A DNA stretch of 63,456 bases, counting the filler, from Octopus bimaculoides (lineage: Eukaryota): NCBI RefSeq assembly GCF_001194135.2. It is 7 parts of 7 records of this genome, joined end to end, with 100 filler letters (N's around TTAATTAATTAA, not from the genome) between each part and the next. Parts side by side here need not be neighbours in the genome. Positions count along the whole stretch, not along the records: positions 48,927 to 52,162 come from NC_068994.1; positions 52,263 to 55,515 come from NC_068996.1; positions 55,616 to 60,197 come from NC_068997.1; positions 60,298 to 63,456 come from NC_068990.1; 3 more parts are not named here. One strand, 5' to 3'. The notes beneath the pieces are model-generated. The model had not been told where the DNA came from and did not search any database. It saw nothing but the letters and a program-made list of their open reading frames with translations. Below, piece after piece: positions 51,806 through 63,395 of this stretch (the first letter of the stretch is position 1; each line of letters begins with the position of its first letter). The position numbers and the translations under genes are program-made.

Positions 51806-52002
51806 TTATGCGCTCCAGTTCCTAATCTTGGGGTTTTTATTCGCATACACAGCAACCCAGCCCCTAACCGTGAACTACAAAATAACATCTTTCAGCTTAT
51901 CGAACTTCGATATGGGGTAAAATTTAAAACTCGGAATTTTATCATGGCTACCGAATAACTGTCACATATTATTTCTCCGTGTTTTTCTCCTTGTCTCCGT
52001 AT

Positions 52003-52039
52003 TCTTTCTGTTGAAGAGCGTAGCTCGAAACGTCAAAGA
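52003..52039 (+). ncRNA. Minimal type I hammerhead motif (family B, CUGUUGA core variant)
   Basis: TCTTT-CTGTTGA-A-GAGC(GTA)GCTC-GAAAC-GTC^AAAGA. Perfect stems I and II, palindromic ACGT stem III, GUC site. Confidence 0.78.
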
Positions 52040-52127
52040 CTTTCTGTATTCCCGAGCGTCATACTAATATATACTTTTGTTATTTACACCACCTGTCCTC
52101 GTCTGTTGTTATTATTTGTATATTCTC

Positions 52128-52162
<35 letters not shown>

Positions 52163-52295
52163 NNNNNNNNNNNNNNNNNNNNNNNNNNNNNNNNNNNNNN
52201 NNNNNNTTAATTAATTAANNNNNNNNNNNNNNNNNNNNNNNNNNNNNNNNNNNNNNNNNNNNATATATATCCATGCATATATATACATGCATACA

Positions 52296-53521
52296 CAGGG
52301 TGCGTAAGGCATTTGAGAACATACCTTTTTGGGATCATTGCTGTATTTTTTTGCTTACTCTGCATAATCTTTGTTTCAGAAAATAATAATGGCAGACAGC
52401 TTACTCAAGAAAAGAAGACATGCTGTTATTGTGGTTACAAATGGGCATACCGATTTAGAAATATATCTGTTTTCAAAAGTTATCAGATCTTTCGTCTACA
52501 GAGTTTGTAAGGAGCAAGAGACTGAAGGTGGAAGCGTATCACCAGTATCAAAGCTTAAAAAACATTCCAAACGCTCTGAAACCATCAGAACATCTGAATT
52601 TATCTAGCTAGTTCAGCAGGCCATTGATTACTATCCCAGAAAGTCCATGAGGTCAATTGCAAAAGATCTCTGTGTCAAAAGGAACTGTCAGAAATGTTGT
52701 CCACAAAGACATCAGATAAACGTTGTATACGATGAGGAAAGGTCAATTTGTCAGAAAAAGCGAAAGTAATTCACTACATCAGTTCTAAAAAGCTCTTAAA
52801 CAAACTGAAAAATCCAGCGAAAGAAGATTTGATTTGGTTTTTCTCAAACGAGATAAACATCGACCAAGATCAAAAAGTTAACAGAAGAAATGACAGATGG
52901 TTAAGTGCAAACCTTTCTGTACTTCCCAGTGTTACGCATACAAAATTTCCTGCAACTGTCATGGTTTTTAAGATTGTCAGCATTACTTCTTTCCGAAAAG
53001 CCTTAGAGTTAACTCTACCACCTACATTGAGGTCCTGAAAACAATTGTTAAGCCTTGGATAGACAGTGTATGTAATGGAAGGCCATATGCGTTTCAGTAA
53101 GATTCTGTACTATCACACATGGCTCTAGTAAAACAGGAATGGATGGCTGAAAATTTTTATGATCACATAACCCCTAACATTTGGCCTCCTAATTCCCCAA
53201 ATCTCAATTCATTGAACTTATCACATGTGGAGCGTCATGTTGCGAGAGAGGTCAATCATACGCCCATAAAACCAAAGATTCTATGAAAGCTGCCATAGTC
53301 AGAGTATTGTCCAAAATGAACCAGGACCCCTTGATTCGAGCATGTAGATGACTTAATTCTCATATAGAAGCAGTTGTTGAAATTGGAGGTGGCTTTATTG
53401 AATAACATTATAGATAAGAAGGTTTGTTTTCTTTTGCCCTCATAGCATTTTTTGATAAATAACGCTATTATATATGTTTTTTTTTAACATAAATCTATCC
53501 TCAAATATCTTACGCACTCCG
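52296..53521 (+). mobile_element. Near full-length decayed Tc1/mariner-superfamily element, maT/DD37D-like
   Basis: TIRs CAGGGTGCGTAAGGCATTTGAG / CTCAAATATCTTACGCACTCCG|TA. Peptides FFSNEINIDQDQKVNRRNDRWL, HTKFPATVMV and WPPNSPNLN. Confidence 0.88.
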
Positions 53522-53700
53522 TATATATAAGCATGTATATATTTATGTATTATATATACGTATGTGTGTATATATATATAGGTATGTATACATATATATA
53601 TATGTATATATATGCGTATGTATATATACATATATGCGTATGTATATATACATATGCGTTTGTATATATACATATGCGTTTGTATATATACATATGCGTT

Positions 53701-53747
<47 letters not shown>

Positions 53748-53750
<3 letters not shown>

Positions 53751-54110
53751 AAACGGGACAAGAACGCAAAGCATCCAGACAGTTAGGTGATACAAGAAAG
53801 GGACAACAAAACATCCAGACAGACGATACAAAGAAAACAAGGACTGGTCATTCGGAGTTTTCTTTCCTCAGTCGAGTTCCAGATTATCTTTGCAATTTCG
53901 GCTGGTTATACTCGAGATTGCTCCAATCTGGCCAGCCCCAAGGACAAACTAAGCTAAGAGCATTAGATTCCTTGGAAGAAAGCAGTGAATTTATACGAAA
54001 ACAAGGACGGAAAAAAAAGAGAAAAAGTTACACAAATACAAATAACAGGAAATAGCAACAAGTGTCTTTCGACTAAGGACGAATTAAATTAAGCTGGCAT
54101 GTGTGGAAAT
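53748..54110. repeat. Unclassified interspersed repeat-like segment abutting (TA)n
   Basis: Composition and a short internal duplication (CATCCAGACAG twice) suggest a TE end. Not classifiable by eye. Confidence 0.35.
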
Positions 54111-54119
54111 AAAGCCTTA

Positions 54120-54385
54120 CGGCAGAAACCATTAAGTTACGGGGAGGTAAACACACCGACATCGTTTGTCAAATGATGGTAGAGGGGGAAAACAGACACA
54201 CATACATATACGATGTGCTTCTTTCAGTTTCCGTCTAACAAATCTACTCACAAGGGTTTGATACGAGGCTATAGTACAAGACACTTACCCAAGGTGCCAC
54301 GCAGTGGGACTTAACCCGGAACCATGTGGTTCTTACCACATAGCTTCTTACCACGTAGATTCTTACCACATAGCCACTTCTGCGC
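54120..54385 (-). mobile_element. CORE-type SINE, partially deleted
   Basis: GACACTTACCCAAGGTGCCACGCAGTGGGACTTAACCCGGAACCATGTGG. Confidence 0.85.
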
Positions 54386-54458
54386 TTTTGTGTATATATA
54401 TATATATATATACGCTAATATATATATATCAGTATACACATATACGCTTATTTATATA

Positions 54459-54830
54459 TTGGGTTGTCCGGAAAGTTCGTGCCGATTTATAGTAGCTTAC
54501 CTTTCGACTTATTTTAGAACATGGTTGAATCCATAAAATAGGGTTTGACTACATCTCCATTTAGAGCACAGTTTAAGTTATCTTTTCGTGGAAGAAGGTT
54601 CATGTTCATATAACCTGTATTAATTCTGTAACCCTTTAAAATAGAAGATAAGAAAGTTCATTTTCGGCACTTGATGCTTTTCTTTTTCCATAAAGGGAAA
54701 AATGCCTCACAAGCAACCAAAGAAATATGCACAGTTTACCGTGATGTTTCTTTATCCAAAAGAACTGTACGAAAGTGGTTCGCAAGGTTCAGAGCTGGAG
54801 ATTGTAGCCTTATTGATAAAGAGCGACAGC
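54459..54830 (+). mobile_element. Mariner 5' fragment (TIR plus HTH region)
   Basis: TA|TTGGGTTGTCCGGAAAGTTCG TIR and peptide KVHFRHLMLFFFHKGKNASQATKEICTVY...TVRKWFARFRAG. Confidence 0.9.
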
Positions 54831-54959
54831 AGTGTACGTTATCGGCTTATCGTTATGAAAGTTGAAGACGTTTTTTGTCTGTCCTGAGGACGAAGGACCT
54901 GTTGAGGAGTCTACAACGGCTGTGAATAAGGCAGAGCTCCCCCAGGTTGAGAGCCAGGA

Positions 54960-55320
54960 GTCTTAGAACCCGAGTTTCAGAACCCGTGGCCCCACATGGA
55001 GGACTACTTTGTCCTTACATCAAGGAATAAGAAGAACACCAAAATCCTGTACTTCCAGTGCGTCATGTGCCAACCCAAGGAGACTACCATTAAGGGACGA
55101 GCGGTGAGCCTCTAAAATTTGAAGTCGCATACCAAGTGGAAACATCCAGCACATACCATCCAGTTTAAGGAGAGGATCAAGGCCGGCTTTTCCCGTGGGA
55201 AACACAATCTTCTGATAGCAGTACCAGCAGCCAGTCGTCACAGCCATGTGCAAACAAGGCACGTCAGCTCAGCATTGGGGAGGTGCTTGCCCAAACTGCT
55301 GGCACTGGTCGGGTATTCAT
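54960..55320 (+). mobile_element. BED-type zinc finger relic, probably from a hAT transposase N-terminus
   Basis: MEDYFVL...ILYFQCVMCQPKETTIKG...SL*NLKSHTKWKHP (CX2C...HX4H), with one internal stop. Confidence 0.65.
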
Positions 55321-55617
55321 AAATCAAAATTTTACAAGATTATTAAATTATTATTATTATGGCGTACTTCATATTTACCCTACTTCATATTCTCTTAATT
55401 TCATTTAATTATTCAATTATGTATAAAATAATTATTTTCTTAATTAATGTAATAAAATGTATAATAGCTAATTGAAATAAATGTCATAATATATATATAT
55501 ATATATATATATATANNNNNNNNNNNNNNNNNNNNNNNNNNNNNNNNNNNNNNNNNNNNTTAATTAATTAANNNNNNNNNNNNNNNNNNNNNNNNNNNNN
55601 NNNNNNNNNNNNNNNTA

Positions 55618-55648
<31 letters not shown>

Positions 55649-55889
55649 GTGTAATATATATATGTATTATATGTATATATATTTATATATATATATATAT
55701 ATTTATATATATAATGCATATATATATATATATATATAAATATATTATATATTGATATATATATATAATGCATATATTTATTATATATATGTATATATAT
55801 TTATGTATATATATTATATATGTATTTATATTATATTATATATATTATATATGTATATATATATTTATATATATATATGTATTATATAA

Positions 55890-56438
55890 TATGTGACAAT
55901 TATTGGGTAGCCATGATAAAACTCCAAGTTTCGGATGTCGAGGTGGAAACCCATGCTGGCATCTCTTCAGTTATCAGGCCATTGCAAAATATGCTGTGAA
56001 AATGACCGTTAAAACGAAAGGAAATTACTGTGTGATTGACTGTTATTAAGACAAAAGTGCTATTAGAATGGCCGCTAAGTGAGGGGAGGAAGTAAAGGTA
56101 AGGGTGTAAAAATGTTCATAGTAATCGCGTAAGTGCACATATCCATACACACACATGCGTGCCCGCACATCCATGTATATGCACCTATATGCATATACTC
56201 ATCCACCCTTCCTTGAAACACACATGCTCACCCATACATTCGCCAAAAAATATATACATACCCGCATACATGCTGGCACACACACACACGCACATAAAGA
56301 GGTTTATACACACGTCTATATATGCACATGCACAAGAAAATACAGGGCTAAGTGCAAAATACAGAAAAAAGTGTAAAAATCAAGCAATAAGGGTAAAACA
56401 CGTCTATATACACACATACTCACACGTCTAATACACGC
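55890..56438 (-). mobile_element. Inverted 5' copy of the Penelope 3'/terminal region
   Basis: Reverse complement of ~57850-58405, directly abutting the truncated ORF at 56441. Confidence 0.88.
55915..55975 (-). ncRNA. Type I hammerhead motif (family A), intact core
   Basis: GATAA-CTGAAGA-GATG...CATCC-GAAAC-TTGGA-GTT^TTATC, with stem I GATAA/TTATC. Confidence 0.8.
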
Positions 56439-56440
56439 AC

Positions 56441-58478
56441 TTGTCAATTTCCTAGATGTCTCCTTAGATCTAAATAAGGATATTTATAAACCGTATAAGA
56501 AGCCCAACAATAGACTTAGTTATATTAATGTGGGTTCCTGCCATTCTCCCATAATGTTTAAAAATTTAGTTAAAAACATTAGCAAAAGAATTTCTAGCCT
56601 CTCCTCCAATAGGGACATTTTTAAAAGCGTTGCCCCAGTATATAATAAGGCTCTAAAAGATTGTGGATTTAGCGAGGAAATAACCTAGACACCTGACACC
56701 AGTCCAATAATAAAGAAAAAGAAACATAGGAATAGGAAAACTATCTGGTTCACCCCACCTACTCACCCAAAGTGACCTGTAATTTAGGCAAGTATTTCGT
56801 AGCACTGATAGATAGACATTTTCCAGTCAACCATAGTTACAGAAAGCTCTTCAATAGACATAACGTCAAAATCAGTTTCAGCTCAACTACTAATTTTAAA
56901 AATATAATTGCACACAACACACAAAATCCACAATATGAAACTAGCTGTTCATGCAGGGATAAAAATTTGTGCTCACTAAATGGAGCTTGCATGTCCAAGA
57001 CCATCATTTATGAAGCCACCGTGGACTCTATATCCACTAAGGACACGGTTTCGACAAAGAAATACGTGGGCCTTACAGAGGCTAATTTCAAGGCCAGGTT
57101 CAATAATCATACCTTGAGCTTCAGGTACTGGGATAAAAGGTAAATAACCAAATTATCCAGTCATATATGGTCCTTAAAAGATAAAGGTGTCAGTTACAAC
57201 ATCCATTGGAAGATCTTAGCCAAGTGTAAGCCCTACAACAATGGCAGTGGAAAGTGCAGTCTTTGTGATATGGAAAGATGGCTCATCTGGAAAAGCAGCT
57301 TAGACCCCGCCACATGTATAAATTCAAGAACTAAACTTTTTGGATCAAGTCAACATGTAGCTAAATATTTGTTACGTTTTTGGTCCCCCTGAGATTACAG
57401 ATAGGACTTGCTTTCTATATTGTGTCCACATACAAGCTTTTTATCTGTCTATACTTTTTACTTATATTTCTTATATTTTTTACATATTTATAGAGATATT
57501 GTTTTGTAGTTTTATTGCTTATATATTTTTTTTACACATAATTTTTCTGTATACTACCTTCCACCCTGCATTTTTTCTTTGCATATACAGACGTGTATAT
57601 GGAATTTTTTATGCGCGCATGTGGATGTGTGTGTTTGTGCGGGTATGTGCATGTATAGATGTGTGTGTGTGTGTGCATGTGAGTATGTGCATATATAGAC
57701 GTGTTTTACTCTTGCTTATTTTTTACACCTTTTTTAAACATTTTTTTTGTATTTTGCCTTTAGCCCTGTTTTTTCTTGTGCATGTACATATATGGATGTG
57801 TGTATGAATCCTTTTTTTGTGCATGTGTGTGTGTGCATATAAAGACGTGTGCGGATGTGTGCGTATATTAGATGTGTGTGTGCGTGCATGCGAGTATGTG
57901 CGTATATAGACGTGTTTTACTCTTATTGCTTTTTTTTACACATTTTTCTGTGTTTTGCCTTTAGTCCTGTTTTTTCTTGTTCATGTGCATATATAGATGT
58001 ATGTATGAACATTATTTTGTGCGCGTGTGTGTATGCGGGTATGTATATATATTTTGGTGAATGTGTGGGTGAGCATGTGTGTGTTTCAAGTGAGGGTGGA
58101 TGAGTAGATACATATAGGCACATGTATGTGGGTGTGCTGGCGTGCATGTGTATGTATGGACATGCGCACTTACATGATTACTATAAACATTTTTACTCCC
58201 TTCCCTTACTTAGCGGTCACTCTAATAGCTCTTTTGTCTTAATGACAGTCAATCACACAGCAATTTCCCTTTGTTTTAATGGTCATTTTCATAGCATTTT
58301 TTTTGCAATGGCCCGATAACTGACGAGATGCTGGCGTAGGTTTCTGCCCCAACATTCGAAACTCGGAGTTTTATCATGGCTACCGAATAATTGTCACATA
58401 TTGTATTTACAGATAATTTCCTCTATTTACATAATATCGAGGTCTCTTTCATTCTTTCGTTGTCTTGCCATTTCTATC
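56441..58478 (+). mobile_element. 5'-truncated Penelope-like element: RT C-terminus, GIY-YIG endonuclease, low-complexity 3' region and terminal repeat
   Basis: VNFLDVSLDL..YKPYKKPN..., CSCRDKNLCSLNGAC, IIYEATV...KKYVGLTEANFKARFNNH, WKILAKCKPYNNGSGKCSLC.ME. A few stops and frameshifts. Confidence 0.93.
58315..58375 (+). ncRNA. Type I hammerhead motif (family A), intact core
   Basis: GATAA-CTGACGA-(long stem II with GTTT loop)-GAAAC-TCGGA-GTT^TTATC. Confidence 0.82.
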
Positions 58479-58879
58479 AATATATATATATATATATANN
58501 NNNNNNNNNNNNNNNNNNNNNNNNNNNNNNNNNNNNNNNNNNNNNNNNNNNNNNNNNNNNNNNNNNNNNNNNNNNNNNNNNNNNNNNNNNNNNNNNNNNN
58601 NNNNNNNNNNNNNNNNNNNNNNNNNNNNNNNNNNNNNNNNNNNNNNNNNNNNNNNNNNNNNNNNNNNNNNNNNNNNNNTATTATATATATGTATATATAT
58701 TATTACGAAGATGAACTTGATCTGAGATCGTGTACTGGAATAAAAGCAATTTCAGCGTGGAAGGTGTTTATAAGCCATTTAACAAACACACAAAAACCGT
58801 TAGATTCACTTCGTTTAAATTTACCAAAATATTTTCATCACTTTGAGACCACAACCTGTTCACTGATAAATTCTGTGCT

Positions 58880-60170
58880 GCATCATGGCAGTGGAAAATG
58901 CAGTCTATGTGATATGGAAAGATGGCTCATCTGGAAAAGCAGCTGAGATCCCGCTACATGTCTAAATTCAAGAACTGAACTTTTTGGATCATGTCCTCAT
59001 GTGGCTAAATATTTGTTACATTTTTGGCCCCACTAAGATCGCAGATAGAACTTGCTTTTTATATTGTGTCCATGTACAAGCTTTTTATCTTTCTATACTT
59101 TTTACATATATCTTTTATATATTTTTTACATATTGTTTGATATTTATTGAGATATATTTTCATATTTTTATTGCTTTATATATTTTTACACATTTTTTCT
59201 GTATTTTACCTTTCACCCAGCATTTTTCTTGTGCATGTGTGTATATAGGCGTATATATGAACTTTTTTGTGTGCGTGTGTGTGTGCATGTGTGTATATAT
59301 GCACATGTATATGTACATGTGTATGGTTGCATATATATGTGTGTGTACACGTAAGTGTTCCACATGAGTATGAGTGAGCATATGCATATATAGCATGTAT
59401 GTATTTTAGACGTGTATTTGAATATAACTGTGTGCGTATGGGTATGTGCACGTGTGTGTGTGTGTGCATGTGTATATGTGTGTGCATGTGTGTGTGGATA
59501 TACTTATGTATACACTGTGCGTGTGTGTGGGTATGTATATATGTACATGTATGTGTACATGTGTATGGTTGCATATATATGTGGGTGTACATGAATGTGT
59601 TCCACGTGAGTATATAGCATGTGCACATTTTTAGATATGTATTTGAATATAACTGTGCGCGTATGGGTATGTGCACGTGTGTGTGTGTGTGGATATGTTT
59701 ACATGTACATGGATGGTTGCATATATATGTGCATCTATTGGCGTATTCGTGGGTGCACATGTGTGTTTCATGTGAGTGCGAGTCAGCATATACATATAGG
59801 CACATGTATGTGGGTATGTGTGTACGCATATGTATGTATGTACATGCGCGCATACACAATTGCTATGAGCATCTTTACTCATTTACTTTGGTTTTTTCCC
59901 TTATTTAACAGTCTTTCTAATAGCTCTTTTGTCTTAATAACAGTCAATTACATGGTAATTTCCCTTTGTTTAACAGTCATTTCCATAGCATATTTTGATT
60001 GCCTCGATAACTGAAGTGATGCCAGAGCAGGTTTCTGCCCTGACATCCGAAACTTGGAGTCTTATTATGGCAACCGAATAATTGTCACATATTATATTAC
60101 AGATAAATTCCTCTATTTACATAATATTGAGGTCTCTTTCATTCTTTTGTTGTCTTACCATTACTATTAA
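58880..60170 (+). mobile_element. Second tandem Penelope copy (end of GIY-YIG plus 3' region and terminal repeat)
   Basis: HHGSGKCSLCDMERWLIWKSS and the 3' region are homologous to 57240-58478. Confidence 0.9.
60006..60066 (+). ncRNA. Type I hammerhead motif (family A) with an A9-to-U core change
   Basis: GATAA-CTGAAGT-GATGCCAGAGCAG(GTTT)CTGCCCTGACATCC-GAAAC-TTGGA-GTC^TTATT. Confidence 0.75.
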
Positions 60171-60297
60171 TATAATATAATATAACATATGTATATANNN
60201 NNNNNNNNNNNNNNNNNNNNNNNNNNNNNNNNNNNNNNNNNTTAATTAATTAANNNNNNNNNNNNNNNNNNNNNNNNNNNNNNNNNNNNNNNNNNNN

Positions 60298-60330
<33 letters not shown>

Positions 60331-60534
60331 CAGTTAGGTGCCTTTTGGCTCATAAATCTTAATTAAATAAAACAGGTATACAAGTCAAGAAAACTGTTTA
60401 GATAATGTACTGCGGTCTCTTGTGAGTTGTGGTCTTCTTTTGAGAACTACAATACATATACGCATCCGCACGAACACACACAGATGCGAATACACACACA
60501 CTCACACAGAAAGAGCGGGAAGAAGGGAACTAGA

Positions 60535-60641
60535 TAATCAGACATACATGCATATAGACAAATAGACGGACTGACTGACAGATACATAGACAGATAGACA
60601 GATAGACAGACAGACAGATAGATAGATAGATAGATAAATAA

Positions 60642-60674
<33 letters not shown>

Positions 60675-60692
60675 GATAGGTAGCTAGGTATG

Positions 60693-60750
<58 letters not shown>
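60535..60750. repeat. Compound (GACA)n/(GATA)n microsatellite
   Basis: Direct reading. Confidence 0.95.
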
Positions 60751-61729
60751 TGGACAAACATACATATATATACACTATGCATGCATACACAGGCATACAT
60801 TTATGTTAGTGACATTTAAGTGCAAGAGAATGTTCTCGTCTTGTATAAATATATAAAACCCTGTATTCTCAGCTCTGTCTTCTCCCTGTTACCCCAACCC
60901 CTGCACTGCAACAACCTTTCTGTCTATATTATATACACTTTGTATATTTACAGTAGGGCTAACATTTCTGAACCTTCAACATGTGAATCGACTTCGATTT
61001 CCGGTCTAAAAAATATTTGTGATATATTAACGTCACTTCCTCGCAATAATCTATGTAAAAGAACTTGATGAATATCACAACTTCCTATGTTCTGTTCTCA
61101 CAAAAGCAAATCAATGTAGACAACAAAAAAAAAATTATTTTATTTTATTTTATTTTTTTTATTCATTTTATTCTTTTTGTTAATACCATAAATGGATCCA
61201 TCTGCAACTTGCCCAGAGAAAAATTAGACAACTAATAGACCAGATCCTGCGTATTAACATGCATCATGGCTCACTGTTCCCGAAATTGAAAATATTGTCA
61301 TTTGAATTGCCATTTTGATGAGGTCGACTCAAGTAGTTTTTTCACTTTTAGTCTGACAATAGTTTTTCAAAATTCATTATCATTCATATATATATATATA
61401 NNNNNNNNNNNNNNNNNNNNNNNNNNNNNNNNNNNNNNNNNNNNNNNNNNNNNNNNNNNNNNNNNNNNNNNNNNNNNNNNNNNNNNNNNNNNNNNNNNNN
61501 NNNNNNNNNNNNNNNNNNNNNNNNNNNNNNNNNNNNNNNNNNNNNNNNNNNNNNNNNNNNNNNNNNNNNNNNNNNNNNNNNNNNNNNNNNNNNNNNNNNN
61601 NNNNNNNNNNNNNNNNNNNNNNNNNNNNNNNNNNNNNNNNNNNNNNNNNNCATACATACATACAAGCAAAGCGAAAATAAAGAAAATAACAAGAGAACAA
61701 AAGTCAAAAGGACTTACACATGGGATGAT

Positions 61730-61790
<61 letters not shown>

Positions 61791-62298
61791 CGTGCGTGTG
61801 TATGTGTGCATAATGAAATGACAACAGAGTTTGTTGACGAAGAGAGAATACTCCACACTTGTAGAATATATTTGCTTGTTGAAACTGAATATTTTATTTG
61901 CAAATCGAACCACACGCCACACAGCAATCATCAGGTGTACAGATTTTGTACCTAGATCTACTTTCCTTTATTAATTTTTTTTTATTTTTATGTATATATA
62001 TATATATAAATACTGGCAACGCACAAGCAACATGCATACATGTGCAAATGTAGGAATGTATGTACGCATGTATGTATGTATGTATAAAGAGTTATTTGCA
62101 GTATTTTATCATTCACTTACATTTATAAATATTAACATTGACATAGCCATGCATACAAAGTAACGATCCTGTAGATGCGTCTTGGCATAACAAAAATGCG
62201 CACGTTTTTCCCCATCAAGTACACCAAGGCCGCATACTCCCGACCACTTATTTCCACATGTTTCTCAAAAGAATGTTCCTACTTATGTTCTATGTGCA

Positions 62299-62354
<56 letters not shown>

Positions 62355-62464
62355 ATAAGATATAAATGTGTATGTATGTAAGCATACTAAGTACTTAAGT
62401 CAAAGTATCACGATCTCATATGCCGGGCTGCCGTGCAATTCCACTATATTCCACCCTCAAGTTT

Positions 62465-62560
62465 TATTGTAGAAGACACGTGTCTAACGTGCCGTACCGT
62501 GAAATCGAACCCGGCATTGCGTGACAACAAAGTGAACTTCTTAACCATTCAGACAGACCC
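62465..62560 (-). mobile_element. CORE-type SINE 5' fragment, degenerate
   Basis: TAGAAGACACGTGTCTAACGTGCC...ATCGAACCCGG. Confidence 0.6.
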
Positions 62561-63320
62561 ATACTTATACACATATACACAGATACACGGAGGAACCGTC
62601 TCAGCGGCATAGTGCCTGTGAGACTATTACTAACAAGGCGGAGTGCTGCAAAAGATTTTCCCACCTCACAAGAAACGCATTAAAAGAAATTTATGTTTGT
62701 GTTTTAGGTGACTAAAATGGATCTGGTATTTGCTGAGTATGTGTGTGTGTGTGTGTGTGTCTGTGTGTGTGTGTGAGCGCAAGTGTGCGCGTGCATATGT
62801 ATATAACTATGTGTGAATATGTGTATGTGTGTGGGAATATCATTCAATATTTCTGACCATGAATTTCCGGTTGTCTGCTCAATTGAACTGCCGTACCCAG
62901 TAAATTAACGTGAGCGTGCAAGTAGTTGAATATTCCAGCAGACATATGTTCTACCAACTTAATCCTCAAGTATTCATCGTGACTCAGTATGTAACAGGGA
63001 GGTAGGGACGTTTAAATTGCAGGTACAATTCCATCCCACGAGCTTCCACACAGACAGCACGCAATGTGACTTAGAAGGCTAACGGTCTGCTCAAAATGCC
63101 AAGCAGCGGATATCGCCACGAGACCCGTTATTGCGGAGCAATACTCCATTGGACCTGCGAGGTAGCTCAGTTATTAAAACGGATCCCCCATTAGTTGACT
63201 GATTTGAGAAAAACATTAAAAAGTATGTTAGTACTGCTTCTATTTATCTCCGAGTTACGGGGGAGACATTTCGAAAGCCACCTATGTGTACATGTATGTG
63301 TTTGTTTTTGTGTGTATGTG

Positions 63321-63352
<32 letters not shown>

Positions 63353-63395
63353 CATTGGTACTGACACACGTTTTTACACACATATAAATATAGAT

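Noticed and set aside
53835-53880. HHR-like CTGAGGA...CCGAATGACCAGTC on the minus strand
   Set aside because: GAAA is incomplete and the stem I register does not fit a canonical NUH. At best a remote relic.
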